Origin: Candidatus Omnitrophota bacterium
GTDB lineage: Bacteria > Omnitrophota > Gorgyraeia > Duberdicusellales > 4484-171
Length of the DNA stretch: 64,000 nt
Assembly: GCA_014729775.1 (NCBI GenBank)
Contig: WJJJ01000031.1
Span: forward strand, 7,074 to 71,073
Direction of reading: 5' to 3'
Position 1 is the first letter of the stretch. Each line of letters starts with the position of its first letter. Below the pieces are notes generated by a model. The model was not told where the DNA came from, did no database searches, and was given only the letters and a program-made list of their open reading frames with translations. Shown here in pieces: positions 19,587 to 29,562 of this stretch. The position numbers and the translations under genes were made by a program.

Positions 19587-20741
19587 TTATTTTTCTAAAA
19601 AGGCGCCGATGCGGGCAATGCCTTTTTCTATCTGCTCTTCTCCGGTGGCAAAGCTCATACGCAGGTATCCCTCTTGACCGAAAGGTTCAGCCGGGATACA
19701 GGACACAAGCTGTTGTGTGAGCAGTTGAGCCGCGAAGGTGGAGCTGTCTATTCCGGTTTCCCGGATGTCGCAGAATAAATAGAACGTGCCTTCAGGTTTA
19801 CAAGGCGAAAGTTTTGGATACCGCTTCAGTCCCGCGAAAAGCAGGTCGCGGCGCTGTTCGAGAATCTTCTGCATTTTCGAAATCCATTCCGTATCTTGAA
19901 TCGCGGCGAGCGCGGCGTGTTGGGATATTGAACAAAGACAGGAAGTCGTGTGCGCGAGGATATTTGACGCGGCGCCGATAATTTTTTCCGGTCCGGCAAG
20001 ATAGCCGACCCGCCATCCGGTCATGGCGTAAGCTTTAGAAAATCCGTTGACCGTCAGTGTTCGTTCGGCCATCCCCGGCAAGGCGGCGAAACTGGTATGC
20101 GTGCGTCCGTCATACAGCAATTTTTCATAAATTTCGTCGCTGAGCACGAAAAGTGAATCGTGAGCCCGGACGATGGCGGCAATTTCGCGCAGTTCGTCTT
20201 CACTGTAGGTGACTCCGGTCGGGTTTGAGGGATAATTGAGAATAAGGACTTTACTTTGAGGTGTGAGATGTTGCTTGAGTAGCGCGGGATCGATTTTAAA
20301 TGAGCGTTCCGCCGTCAAAGGAAGGGGTTTCATTGTTCCCCCGGCCAGTTTGATCATTTCCGGGTAGCTTACCCAGTAGGGTGCCGGTACGATCACCTCC
20401 TCATTCGGCGCAAGAAGCGTCAGCAGTGCGGTGTAGAGCGCGTATTTGGCTCCGCTGGTCACGATCACCTGCTGATGCTCTTTGGGGATGGAATTTTCTT
20501 TTGCGAGCTTTTCCGCGATCGCTTCTTTCAGCGCCGGCATTCCGGTCGAAGGAGTGTATTTGGTTTCACCCCTGTCGATCGCCCGGTGTGCGGCTTCCTT
20601 GATAAAATCGGGGGTGTCGAAATCCGGCTCGCCGGCGGCGAAATTGACCACATCCCGGCCTTCACGCACGAGCTTTTTCGTTTGCGCCGTGATTTTCAGC
20701 GTTGCCGATTTCTGGAGTGCTGCGACCTTCGGATTGATCAT
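19587..20741 (-). CDS. aspC: Aspartate aminotransferase (class I PLP)
   Basis: AGEPDFDTP, NYPSNPTG, SDEIY, GFSKAYAMTGWRVG. Confidence 0.88.
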   Translation of the reverse strand: MINPKVAALQKSATLKITAQTKKLVREGRDVVNFAAGEPDFDTPDFIKEAAHRAIDRGETKYTPSTGMPALKEAIAEKLAKENSIPKEHQQVIVTSGAKYALYTALLTLLAPNEEVIVPAPYWVSYPEMIKLAGGTMKPLPLTAERSFKIDPALLKQHLTPQSKVLILNYPSNPTGVTYSEDELREIAAIVRAHDSLFVLSDEIYEKLLYDGRTHTSFAALPGMAERTLTVNGFSKAYAMTGWRVGYLAGPEKIIGAASNILAHTTSCLCSISQHAALAAIQDTEWISKMQKILEQRRDLLFAGLKRYPKLSPCKPEGTFYLFCDIRETGIDSSTFAAQLLTQQLVSCIPAEPFGQEGYLRMSFATGEEQIEKGIARIGAFLEK

Positions 20742-20769
20742 ACTTTCGCAGGTATTCGAAGGTTATTTC

Positions 20770-21270
20770 TTACCGCTCTTTCTCTTTCCCAAATATTTTC
20801 CGCATGCCCGACATGAATCCCTTTTGCTCTTCGGATTTTTCCTGGGGCGTTTTTTGTTTCGGCTCCTGCACTGGTTTTGTCTGTTCCTTTGCGGTTTTTG
20901 GTTTCGCCCGTTTGGTCCGCTGGGTAAATTCCAGCAGCGACATGGGGGCGTTGTCTCCTTTGCGCGGGCTTACCTGCAGAATGCGCGTGTACCCGCCCGG
21001 GGTCTTTCGGTAACGCGGACCGATTTCGGTGAACAGTCTTTTCACCAGCGCGTGATCCTGCAGCATGTCGTAGCTTAATCGGCGATGATGAAGGGTATCC
21101 GATTTGGCCAGCGTGATCAGCTTATCCGCCCACGAACGGAGCGCTTTGGCGTTCGCGGTCGTGGTGGTAATACGTTCGTAGGTGATCAGCGCGCGTAAAA
21201 GAGATTTTACCAATGCCTTTCTTTGCGCTTTGGGTCTTGAAAACTTTTCGCTTTTTTTCCTGTGTCTCAT
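20770..21270 (-). CDS. rplQ: 50S ribosomal protein L17 with C-terminal extension
   Basis: MRHRK, ERITTT, GGYTRI, RKGDNA. Confidence 0.97.
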   Translation of the reverse strand: MRHRKKSEKFSRPKAQRKALVKSLLRALITYERITTTTANAKALRSWADKLITLAKSDTLHHRRLSYDMLQDHALVKRLFTEIGPRYRKTPGGYTRILQVSPRKGDNAPMSLLEFTQRTKRAKPKTAKEQTKPVQEPKQKTPQEKSEEQKGFMSGMRKIFGKEKER

Positions 21271-22253
21271 ACCATATCCAGCTTTTCTTTATCGATCTTC
21301 ATTCCCAGTGATAAACCCATGGTTTTCAGCAGTCCCGTCACTTCGTTGAGCGATTTTTTTCCGAAGTTCCGGTAAGCGAGCATTTCGGCTTCGGTTTTAT
21401 CCACGAGGTCCGCGAGGGTTTTAATGTTTGCTTCGCGCAGGCAGTTCGCGCTGCGGACCGAAAGTTCAAGCTCGGAAATCGGGATGCGTAATTTTTCATA
21501 GAGAGATATTTCTTCCGGCGTGAGTTCTTCAGTTTCTTCTTCCGGGACCTCTCCCAGCGTGAAGAACAGTTCCAAATGTTTACTGAGAACCTTTGCCGCG
21601 TAAATAAGCGCTTCTTTCGGCTCAATGCTGGCATTGGTGAATATTTCCAGGATGAGCTTATCGTAATCGGTCCGTTTCCCTACGCGGGTATTTTCCACGT
21701 GGAAGGAAACCCTTTTTACCGGAGTAAAAATCGAGTCGACCGGGATAACGCCGATCGCCATATCCTCGCGTTTGTTTCCTTCCGCGGGAACAAAGCCTCT
21801 TCCCCGTCCCACTTCCATTTCGGCGATGAACTTGGCATCTTTGGAGGTGAGCGTGGCGATATGCAGGTCGGGATTGATGACTTCCACGCTCTCATCGGTC
21901 ACGATGTCTTTTGCGGTAACCTTTTTTTCTCCCTGGCTTTCAATATTGATTTTTTTGGGAGATTTCGAATAGGATCGCAGCACAATATTTTTTACGTTGA
22001 GGATGATTTCGGGGAGATCTTCATAGACTCCGTCAAGAGAAGAGAATTCATGGGGCGCATCTTCAAGCCGCAGCGAGGTAACCGCCGCTCCTTCGATCGA
22101 AGACAGAAGTACTCTGCGCAGGGAGTTTCCGAGTGTTACGCCGTATCCCCGTTCCAGGGGCTCGGCGATGAATTTTCCGTAATGGGGAGAGTAGCTTTCC
22201 TGTTCTACCGTGATCCGTTTAGGAAACTGAAAATCCCTCCAAGTTATGCCCAT
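21267..22253 (-). CDS. rpoA: RNA polymerase alpha subunit
   Basis: EPLERGYGVTLGNSLRRVLLSS, LSVRSANCL, NFGKKSLNE. Confidence 0.98.
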   Translation of the reverse strand: MGITWRDFQFPKRITVEQESYSPHYGKFIAEPLERGYGVTLGNSLRRVLLSSIEGAAVTSLRLEDAPHEFSSLDGVYEDLPEIILNVKNIVLRSYSKSPKKINIESQGEKKVTAKDIVTDESVEVINPDLHIATLTSKDAKFIAEMEVGRGRGFVPAEGNKREDMAIGVIPVDSIFTPVKRVSFHVENTRVGKRTDYDKLILEIFTNASIEPKEALIYAAKVLSKHLELFFTLGEVPEEETEELTPEEISLYEKLRIPISELELSVRSANCLREANIKTLADLVDKTEAEMLAYRNFGKKSLNEVTGLLKTMGLSLGMKIDKEKLDMV

Positions 22254-22290
22254 ATGGTTACCTCCTCTATCGCTTTTCGGTTTAGGATCT

Positions 22291-22926
22291 TTATTTCGAA
22301 TAAAGCTCGACGATGAATTGTTCGTTGACCGGTATTCCGATTTCTTCTTTTGTCGGCATCCGGACGATTTTCACCGCGAGCGCGGATTTATCAACGGTCA
22401 GCCAGTCAGGGACACTGCGGTCCTTCGCGTTGGCCTCCATGTTCTCTTTCACCATTTTTTTGAATTTATCGTTTTGTTTGATCTGTATTTCTTCACCTTC
22501 CCGCACGATATAGGAAGGGATGTTCACTTTTCTGCCGTGAATGGCGACGTATCCGTGCAGGACGTATTGCCGCGCCTGATTGCGGGAAAAGGCGAATAAT
22601 GCCCGGTAAATGACGTTATCAAGCCGGCGTTCCAGCAGCTGCAGGAGCATCCGTCCCGTAATCCCCCGGGATTTGGTCGCGAGATCATAGAAACGGCGAA
22701 ATTGTTTTTCCTGCATGCCGTACATACGTTTGGTTTTTTGTTTTTCGCGCAGCTGTAATGCGTAATAAGACGGTTTAGGCGGACGTTTTTTCCCGCGCAT
22801 GCCCGGGGGGGTCGGACGCCGAGCAAAGGGACATTTTTCCGTGGCGCATTTCTGTCCTTTTAAAAACAATTTCTGTCCTTCCCGGCGGCATATTCTGCAT
22901 TTGTTTCCTGAAAGCTCGCGTGCCAT
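22291..22926 (-). CDS. rpsD: 30S ribosomal protein S4 (Zn-binding type)
   Basis: CRICRREG, QLREKQK, LERRLDN, IVELYSK. Confidence 0.98.
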   Translation of the reverse strand: MARELSGNKCRICRREGQKLFLKGQKCATEKCPFARRPTPPGMRGKKRPPKPSYYALQLREKQKTKRMYGMQEKQFRRFYDLATKSRGITGRMLLQLLERRLDNVIYRALFAFSRNQARQYVLHGYVAIHGRKVNIPSYIVREGEEIQIKQNDKFKKMVKENMEANAKDRSVPDWLTVDKSALAVKIVRMPTKEEIGIPVNEQFIVELYSK

Positions 22927-22945
22927 ATTCCTCCTTGATTCGCTT

Positions 22946-23335
22946 TTAAACCCGGCGTTTTTTCCTCGGCCGGCAACCGTTATGGGGTGTCGGCGTGATA
23001 TCTTTTACTTTTCGCACATTTAAACCCGCGGCCTGCAGTGATCGTATTGCCGCTTCGCGCCCGGGCCCGGGGCCCTTCACCAGCACTTCGACATCCGTCA
23101 TTCCCAGGTCCCGGACTCGTTTCGCGACGCCGAATGAAGCGATTTGCGCCGCGTAAGGAGTGGATTTTTTCGTTCCTTTGAATCCGGCGGTTCCCGCCGA
23201 TCCCCAGGCGAGGGATTTCCCCTGAGGGTCACTGATGGTGATAATAGTATTGTTGAACGTCGCTTTTATGTGCGCAACGCCGAGATTCGAGGTTAAATGT
23301 ATTTTTTTCTTCCGTTCCCGTCTTCTTTTCGCCAT
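22946..23335 (-). CDS. rpsK: 30S ribosomal protein S11
   Basis: [22 protein letters not shown]. Confidence 0.98.
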   Translation of the reverse strand: MAKRRRERKKKIHLTSNLGVAHIKATFNNTIITISDPQGKSLAWGSAGTAGFKGTKKSTPYAAQIASFGVAKRVRDLGMTDVEVLVKGPGPGREAAIRSLQAAGLNVRKVKDITPTPHNGCRPRKKRRV

Positions 23336-23374
23336 TGTTTCTCCTCGCTTTACTACATTCCTTTCTGTGGAATG

Positions 23375-23746
23375 TTATTTGCGTTTGATTCCTCCTACTC
23401 TCGGACGCGGGCCTTTGCGCGTGCGGGAATTGCATTTGGTCCGTTGACCGCGTACGGGCAGTCCTTTTCTGTGGCGCATTCCCCGGTAGCTTCCTATTTC
23501 GATCAGTCTGCGGATATGCTGGGTGGTTTCCCGGCGCAGTTCTCCCTCCACTTTGTAATTATTCTGAATGTGTGAAGTGAGCCTGGAAACTTCTTCTTCG
23601 CTTAAGCTTTGCGCTTTTTTCTCCGGATCGATCCCCACATCTTTAAGAATTTTCAACGCCTGCGTATTGCCGATTCCGTAAAGATATTGGAGCGATATTT
23701 TTATTTTTTTGTTTTTCGGAATGTCTACACCAAAAAGTCGCGGCAT
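23375..23746 (-). CDS. rpsM: 30S ribosomal protein S13
   Basis: YGIG, YRGMRHRKGLPVRGQRTK. Confidence 0.98.
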   Translation of the reverse strand: MPRLFGVDIPKNKKIKISLQYLYGIGNTQALKILKDVGIDPEKKAQSLSEEEVSRLTSHIQNNYKVEGELRRETTQHIRRLIEIGSYRGMRHRKGLPVRGQRTKCNSRTRKGPRPRVGGIKRK

Positions 23747-23781
23747 TCGTTACCTCCCGTTCGTTTCTTCGCCGGCGCGGT

Positions 23782-23895
23782 TCATCCCTGTCGCTGTTTG
23801 TGCTTCGAATTGGTACAGATTACCCGCACCACGCCTTTTCGCTTAATAATTCTGCATTTACCGCATAATTTTTTTACCGAAGATTTTACTTTCAT
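23782..23895 (-). CDS. rpmJ: 50S ribosomal protein L36 (below ORF-track cutoff)
   Basis: Manual translation [37 protein letters not shown]. Confidence 0.96.
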   Translation of the reverse strand: MKVKSSVKKLCGKCRIIKRKGVVRVICTNSKHKQRQG

Positions 23896-23913
23896 GTTGT
23901 TCCTCGTATCTGC

Positions 23914-24663
23914 TTATTGAGTGATTATCCAGGTCCCTTTTGCCGTAATCGCGATGGTGTGCTCAAAATGGGCCGCGAGTCTGCCGTCGCGGGTGACCGC
24001 GGTCCAGTGATCATCGCGCATGGTAATTTCATGTGTGCCGGCGGCCACCATCGGTTCGATCGCCAGCGCCATTCCCGCTTTCAGTTCAGGTCCCGTATCC
24101 CGCCGGCCGAAGTTCGGCACTTCCGGCGACTGGTGCAATTCCCGTCCGATCCCGTGCCCGACGAATTTCCGGATTACCGAATATCCGTTCTTTTCGGCGC
24201 GTTTCTGCACCGCCGCTCCGATATCCCCGAGGCGGTTCCCTGCCCGCGCGGTTTTTATTCCGTCGTGGAGGGCTTTTTGGGTCACCAGCGCCAACCGTTT
24301 GGTATCGCGGTCGGGGCGGCCGACAAAAAAAGAACGGGCCGTATCGACGAATAATCCTTTGAATTTGATTCCCAGATCTATGCTGACCAGATCTCCGTTG
24401 CTGAGTATCTTCTTCTCCGACGGGATTCCATGGATGATTTCTTCATTTACCGATGCACAGACTGACGCCGGATATCCCATGAATCCTTTGAATGCGGGAC
24501 TCATGCCCGAATATCCGCGCAGATGTTCGTCGAATGAGCGTTCGATATCTTTGGTCGATATTCCCGCCCCGATACGCCGTCTTATTTTGCGAAAGAACGC
24601 CGATGCGGCTTTTCCGGCTATCCGCATCGTTTTAAACTCTTCTAAAGTTAACGGTTCGGACAT
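23914..24663 (-). CDS. map: Methionine aminopeptidase type I
   Basis: SVNEEIIHGIP, GHGIG, AIEPM, AHFEHT. Confidence 0.96.
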   Translation of the reverse strand: MSEPLTLEEFKTMRIAGKAASAFFRKIRRRIGAGISTKDIERSFDEHLRGYSGMSPAFKGFMGYPASVCASVNEEIIHGIPSEKKILSNGDLVSIDLGIKFKGLFVDTARSFFVGRPDRDTKRLALVTQKALHDGIKTARAGNRLGDIGAAVQKRAEKNGYSVIRKFVGHGIGRELHQSPEVPNFGRRDTGPELKAGMALAIEPMVAAGTHEITMRDDHWTAVTRDGRLAAHFEHTIAITAKGTWIITQ

Positions 24664-25199
24664 TTTTCCAGTGCGTCGCGTACCCGTTTATAGACTTCTT
24701 CGATCGTACCCTTGCCGTCGATCGCGCAAAGAGTACCGCTTTGCCGGTAGTAATCGAGCACTCCCGGTAACTCCCGGGCGAATACTTCCCAGCGTTTTTG
24801 GATTACTTCCCGGTTGTCATCGGTCCGGCCCCTGTTCATGAGCCGGTCGATGATGGTCTCTTCGTCGATCTCCAGATACAGAAATACGTCGATTTTCATT
24901 TGTTTTTTTTCGAGAATTTCATCCAGGGTTTCCGCTTGGGCGCGGTTCCTGGGATATCCGTCGAGCAAAAAACCGTTTTCGCTCACATTGGCTTCGATTA
25001 CTTTCGCGACCACTTCGTCCGGCGCGAGTACTCCTCGTTCCATGTAACTTTTCACCTCGTTTCCCAGGTCTGTTCCTTTTGCTACTTCCGCGCGAAGAAT
25101 GTCGCCTAGTGAAATTTTTCTGATGCCGAAATGTTCGCTGATTTTCACCGCCTGAGTCCCTTTTCCCGAACCAGGGGCTCCGAATAATACTACATTCAT
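24648..25199 (-). CDS. adk: Adenylate kinase (short-LID type)
   Basis: GAPGSGKGTQ, LDGYPRN, RGRTDD. Confidence 0.96.
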   Translation of the reverse strand: MNVVLFGAPGSGKGTQAVKISEHFGIRKISLGDILRAEVAKGTDLGNEVKSYMERGVLAPDEVVAKVIEANVSENGFLLDGYPRNRAQAETLDEILEKKQMKIDVFLYLEIDEETIIDRLMNRGRTDDNREVIQKRWEVFARELPGVLDYYRQSGTLCAIDGKGTIEEVYKRVRDALEKCPNR

Positions 25200-26569
25200 C
25201 CTCTTCTCCCTTTCAGTGAACCTTTTTTCATGAATCCGTCGTAATGTCTGATCAATAATTGTCCTTCAATTTGTTTCATCGTATCCAACACGACCCCCAC
25301 CATGATCAGCAGGGTCGTTCCGCCGAATAAGGACGCAAGCGCGTATGACGGCACATTGAACGCCGACATGATCACGTTCGGGATAACCGCGATGGTACAG
25401 ATGTACATCGCTCCGATAAAAACCACACGCGTGGCAACGTAGTCCAAATACTGCGCGGTCGGCCGGCCGGGCCGGATCCCGGGAATAAACCCGCCGTATT
25501 TTTTCAGGTTGTTGGCCATTTCCGTCGGATTAAACATCAGGGCCGTGTAAAAATACATGAAGAAGACAATCAAGCCCATAAAGATCAGATTGTACCACAA
25601 TCCTCTCTGCTGAATGATGCTCTGTACCACCGCGAAAAACCGCATATTTTGCGACATGAACATTGCCAGCGTGCCGGGAACCGCGAGTACGCTGCTGGCG
25701 AAAATAATCGCGATGACTCCGGACATATCCACTTTAATCGGCAGATACTGACTTTGCCCTCCGTACACTCTGCGTCCCACTACTCTGCGGCCGTACTGGA
25801 TCGGGATTCTCCGCTGGGCCTGGCTGAATAATACCACTGCCATGAGCACGACCAGCCATACTACGAGCAGTCCCAGTACTTTCGGCGTGCTGATCGTGCT
25901 TTCTGCGGCGGGATCCCACGGTGACCACAGCCGGCCGATCTGGAACAAGCTTGAAGGAATCCGGGAAATGATACTGGTGGTAATGATCAGGGAAATACCG
26001 TTGCCGATTCCCCGCTCCTGTATCTGTTCCCCCAGCCACATGATAAACACCGTGCCTGCAGTCAGGGTGATGATCGTCGTGAAGATGAACAACGGGCCCC
26101 CGTCAGGGACGATCGTATACTCCGTTCCTCCAATCACGAAATTTTGCGGGTTTTGCAGCCACAACGCGAGGAAAAAACCTTGGATCACGCAGATGAAAAG
26201 CGTGAGGTAACGGGTGTACTGGTTGATCTTTTCGTATCCCGCTTTTCCTTCCTTCGCCAGCCTTTCCAGTGCGGGTACCACCGCGCTCAGAAGCTGCATG
26301 ATAATCGAAGAGGAAATGTAGGGCATAATTCCGAGCGCGAAGATACTGAGCCGGGTGAGCGCTCCACCGGTGAACATATTCGCAATTCCCAGAAGGGTGT
26401 GTCCCTGGGTCTGGGTCATTTTGTCAAAGAACCGGGTAAGCTCGAAAGTGTCAACTCCCGGAGTGGGGAGAAAACAGCCGATTCTATACACAATCAGCAG
26501 CGAAAGGGTAATGAGGATCTTTCGCTTGAGATCCGGGATCCGGAAAATATTGCTTACCTTTTTAAACAT
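25196..26569 (-). CDS. secY: Preprotein translocase SecY
   Basis: SIFALGIMPYISSSII, GIGNGISLII, FIPGIRPG. Confidence 0.98.
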   Translation of the reverse strand: MFKKVSNIFRIPDLKRKILITLSLLIVYRIGCFLPTPGVDTFELTRFFDKMTQTQGHTLLGIANMFTGGALTRLSIFALGIMPYISSSIIMQLLSAVVPALERLAKEGKAGYEKINQYTRYLTLFICVIQGFFLALWLQNPQNFVIGGTEYTIVPDGGPLFIFTTIITLTAGTVFIMWLGEQIQERGIGNGISLIITTSIISRIPSSLFQIGRLWSPWDPAAESTISTPKVLGLLVVWLVVLMAVVLFSQAQRRIPIQYGRRVVGRRVYGGQSQYLPIKVDMSGVIAIIFASSVLAVPGTLAMFMSQNMRFFAVVQSIIQQRGLWYNLIFMGLIVFFMYFYTALMFNPTEMANNLKKYGGFIPGIRPGRPTAQYLDYVATRVVFIGAMYICTIAVIPNVIMSAFNVPSYALASLFGGTTLLIMVGVVLDTMKQIEGQLLIRHYDGFMKKGSLKGRRG

Positions 26570-27006
26570 TCAGCTTTTCCCCCGGCCTGTTCAATGAGCG
26601 TTTTTGCTTTGGAAGAAAACGCGTCGGCTTTCACCGTTGCCTTGCAGGAATACTTCCCCGCGGTAGCGGCAAGGATTTTTACCGGTGTGCGCGTGTTCTT
26701 GATAAGGTTCGCCGTTTTTAACGTTTCCGGGGTGATTTCTTTTTCGTCAGGCACCGCGCGCGCGATATCCTTTAAATTGACGATTTCATAGATTCTCGGA
26801 CAGGGAGAAGTAAATCCCCGTTTCGGTATTTTACGGTAATAAGGCAGGTTCCCGCCTTTAAATCCTAGGTAAGGGATTTTCTTTCCTTTGCGCTGCCCGG
26901 ATCCGTTATTGCCTCGGCCGCTCGTTTTGCCCCGGCCGCTGCCGGTACCCCGGCCTACCCGTTTCCGCGTGCGCATCGTATGTTTTCCCAGATCGGACAA
27001 ATTCAT
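26554..27006 (-). CDS. rplO: 50S ribosomal protein L15
   Basis: RVGRGTGSGRGKTSGRG, PKRGF. Confidence 0.97.
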   Translation of the reverse strand: MNLSDLGKHTMRTRKRVGRGTGSGRGKTSGRGNNGSGQRKGKKIPYLGFKGGNLPYYRKIPKRGFTSPCPRIYEIVNLKDIARAVPDEKEITPETLKTANLIKNTRTPVKILAATAGKYSCKATVKADAFSSKAKTLIEQAGGKAECLKR

Positions 27007-27009
27007 TCT

Positions 27010-27471
27010 TTATCCTTTCATGCTTTCCAGCGCCGTGAAGGTCGCTTTCACTACGTTCGTCGGATTTTTTGATTTCTTGACGATTTTTGTCAAAATATCC
27101 TTAATACCGGCGCATTCGCAGATTGACCGGATCGGCGCCGCGGCAATTACTCCGGTTCCCTGCGCGGCGGGTTTAAACAGTATCTCAACGGCGCCGAATT
27201 CTCCGTGAATTTCGTGTGGTATCGTCGTTCCGCGTTTTTTTGCCACGATCATTTTTTTCTTGGCTCGCTTGATTCCTTTGCGGATGGCATCGGCGACCTC
27301 ATTGGCTTTCCCTAATGCGAATCCGACCTGTGATTCCCCGTCGCCTACGACAACCAGCGCGGAAAACGCCAGATTCTTCCCGCCTTTGGTGACTTTCGTG
27401 ACGCGGTTGATCGTGATCACTTTCTCGATAAAGGCTTGTTCCTGAGTCGTTTTTTTGTCGGTTTTCTGCAT
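27010..27471 (-). CDS. rpsE: 30S ribosomal protein S5
   Basis: INRVTKVTKGG, ALVVVGD, GTGVIA. Confidence 0.97.
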   Translation of the reverse strand: MQKTDKKTTQEQAFIEKVITINRVTKVTKGGKNLAFSALVVVGDGESQVGFALGKANEVADAIRKGIKRAKKKMIVAKKRGTTIPHEIHGEFGAVEILFKPAAQGTGVIAAAPIRSICECAGIKDILTKIVKKSKNPTNVVKATFTALESMKG

Positions 27472-27824
27472 TAGAACTTCAATCCTCCTTCTCTTGCTCC
27501 TTCCGCGAGCGCTTTTACCCTGCCGTGGAATCGATACCCCGCCCGGTCAAAACGCACCGCGTGAATTCCCTGTTCCCGGCTTTTCCGGGCGACGATTTTT
27601 CCCAGCTCTTTGGCTCCTTCTACCGTGGTAGTTTTTTTGTCGCCGGTCTTGAATTCCTTCTGCTGGGTGGAACAGCCCGTGATCACGCGCTGCTCTGTGT
27701 CGTTGACCAGTTGGGCGTACATGTGTTTTTTACTGCGGAATACGACCAGTCGCGGATTTGTGTCGTCTCCGCGTAATTTTTTCGTAATCCGTTTATGACG
27801 TTTGATTCTCGCGCTGCTTTTCAT
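27471..27824 (-). CDS. rplR: 50S ribosomal protein L18
   Basis: PRLVVFRS, FDRAGYRFHGRVKALAE. Confidence 0.97.
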   Translation of the reverse strand: MKSSARIKRHKRITKKLRGDDTNPRLVVFRSKKHMYAQLVNDTEQRVITGCSTQQKEFKTGDKKTTTVEGAKELGKIVARKSREQGIHAVRFDRAGYRFHGRVKALAEGAREGGLKF

Positions 27825-27825
27825 C

Positions 27826-28365
27826 TTACTTCGCCAGTGCCTTTCCGAGTTTTTTCTTTATTTCTTCGCCGGCATACCGGATTCCTTTTCCTTTATACGG
27901 CTCCGGAGGATAATTCCGGCGGATTTGTGCCGCCAGCTCGCCTACTCTTTGTTTGTCGGTACCTTCGACCAGAATCCGTGTAGGTTTCGGAGTCGATACC
28001 TTCAGGTCTTTGGGAACAGGAACTTCCACCGGATGGGAAAAACCGATATTCATGACCAGCGTATTCCCTTTCATTTGTGTTTTATATCCGACTCCCACGA
28101 TCTCCAGTTCTTTTTTAAAACCTTCACTTACGCCGATGATCATGTTCCGGATAAGCGCCCGGAATGTGCCGTGCAGACTTTTTGAGAGTTTTTCATCATC
28201 CCGGCGTGTGACCGCGATTTGTCCCTCTTTGGACTCGATCGTAAGTGCCGGAGGGATTTCCAGGGATAATTTTCCTTTTTTCCCTTCTACGGTCAGCGTG
28301 GCCTTCTGTATCTGGGTTTTGACCTCTTTCGGTACGGGTATGGGTACTTTTCCTACTCTCGACAT
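27826..28365 (-). CDS. rplF: 50S ribosomal protein L6
   Basis: MSRVGK, PEPYKGKGIRY. Confidence 0.98.
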   Translation of the reverse strand: MSRVGKVPIPVPKEVKTQIQKATLTVEGKKGKLSLEIPPALTIESKEGQIAVTRRDDEKLSKSLHGTFRALIRNMIIGVSEGFKKELEIVGVGYKTQMKGNTLVMNIGFSHPVEVPVPKDLKVSTPKPTRILVEGTDKQRVGELAAQIRRNYPPEPYKGKGIRYAGEEIKKKLGKALAK

Positions 28366-28377
28366 AACTTCTTCCTG

Positions 28378-28773
28378 TTACCAGATCATCCCTAACAATT
28401 CTCCGCCGATCCGCTGTTCCCGAGCTTCGCCGTCAGTCAGCAGGCCCCGGGAGGTGGAGACGAATCCGACTCCGAATCCGTTCAGTACCGGCGGAATATC
28501 CTGATGGGCGAGATAGACCCGGCGGCCGGGGCGGGATACCCGTTTGATTTCCCGGATCACGCTGGTCTTGCCTTTGTATTTGAGGAATACTTTGATCTTG
28601 CGAAACCCGCCCACGTTGATTTCTTTATAATTATCGATATACCCTTCTTTTTTTAAAATTTCACAGATGCTTAAGAGAATCCGGGCATAGGGAATCATCG
28701 TTTCTTCGTGGCGCGCTCGCGCGGCATTTCTGATGATGGTCAGTGCATCCGCGATTGAATCGGTTTTACTCAT
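28378..28773 (-). CDS. rpsH: 30S ribosomal protein S8
   Basis: DSIAD, SRPGRRVY, STSRG, GGELL. Confidence 0.97.
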   Translation of the reverse strand: MSKTDSIADALTIIRNAARARHEETMIPYARILLSICEILKKEGYIDNYKEINVGGFRKIKVFLKYKGKTSVIREIKRVSRPGRRVYLAHQDIPPVLNGFGVGFVSTSRGLLTDGEAREQRIGGELLGMIW

Positions 28774-28787
28774 AGTGCTCCTTTAAG

Positions 28788-28982
28788 TTACCAGCTTGCT
28801 TTTTTGACTCCGGGGATGATTCCCTGCCAGGCCATTTCCCGGAAACAAATTCTGCACAACTCGAAATCCCTTATGTACCCGCGCGGGCGGCCGCATTTCC
28901 GGCAACGGTTATGATAGCGTACCGAAAACTTCGGGGATTGCTTGTCGCGTTTCCATTTTTCTATCTTTGATTTCTTCGCCAT
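28788..28982 (-). CDS. rpsZ: 30S ribosomal protein S14 type Z
   Basis: MAKKS...RCRKCGRPR...LCRICFRE...KASW; GGAGGGAG RBS before ATG 28982. Confidence 0.96.
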   Translation of the reverse strand: MAKKSKIEKWKRDKQSPKFSVRYHNRCRKCGRPRGYIRDFELCRICFREMAWQGIIPGVKKASW

Positions 28983-28992
28983 TCTCCCTCCG

Positions 28993-29562
28993 TTATCGTT
29001 TAAACGGGAAACCAAATGCCAGGAGCAGTTCCCGTGCTTCTTCGTCAGTACCCGCGGTAGTGTGTATAGAGATATTCATTCCCTGTGTCTTCGAAACTTT
29101 ATCGATGTTAATTTCGGGAAATACCGTTTGTTCGGTCAGACCGAAGGTATAATTGCCGTTTCCGTCGAATGAATTCGCCGATACCCCGCGGAAGTCGCGG
29201 ATTCGAGGCATGGCCGAGGTGATCATTCGGTCCAGGAATTCATACATCCGGTAGCGGCGTAACGTGACGCAGCAGCCGATAGGAACTCCCTTCCGTATCT
29301 TGAAGTTTGAAATCGGCTTACGCGCCCGGCAGATCTTTGCTTTTTGCCCGCTTAGCTGAGCGAGTTCTTCTGCGGCGCGTTCCACGATTTTCGGATCCTG
29401 GGAACCTTCACCGATTCCCATGTTTACCGCGATTTTTACCAGCCGGGGAACCGCGAGAGTATTCGTGTATCCGAATTTTTCCTTCAGCAAAGGGATGATC
29501 TCCCGGCGGTAGGTTTCCAGCATTCTGGGAATGTACTGTTCGTTTAAATTGCTTGCTGACAT
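28993..29562 (-). CDS. rplE: 50S ribosomal protein L5
   Basis: [22 protein letters not shown]. Confidence 0.98.
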   Translation of the reverse strand: MSASNLNEQYIPRMLETYRREIIPLLKEKFGYTNTLAVPRLVKIAVNMGIGEGSQDPKIVERAAEELAQLSGQKAKICRARKPISNFKIRKGVPIGCCVTLRRYRMYEFLDRMITSAMPRIRDFRGVSANSFDGNGNYTFGLTEQTVFPEINIDKVSKTQGMNISIHTTAGTDEEARELLLAFGFPFKR

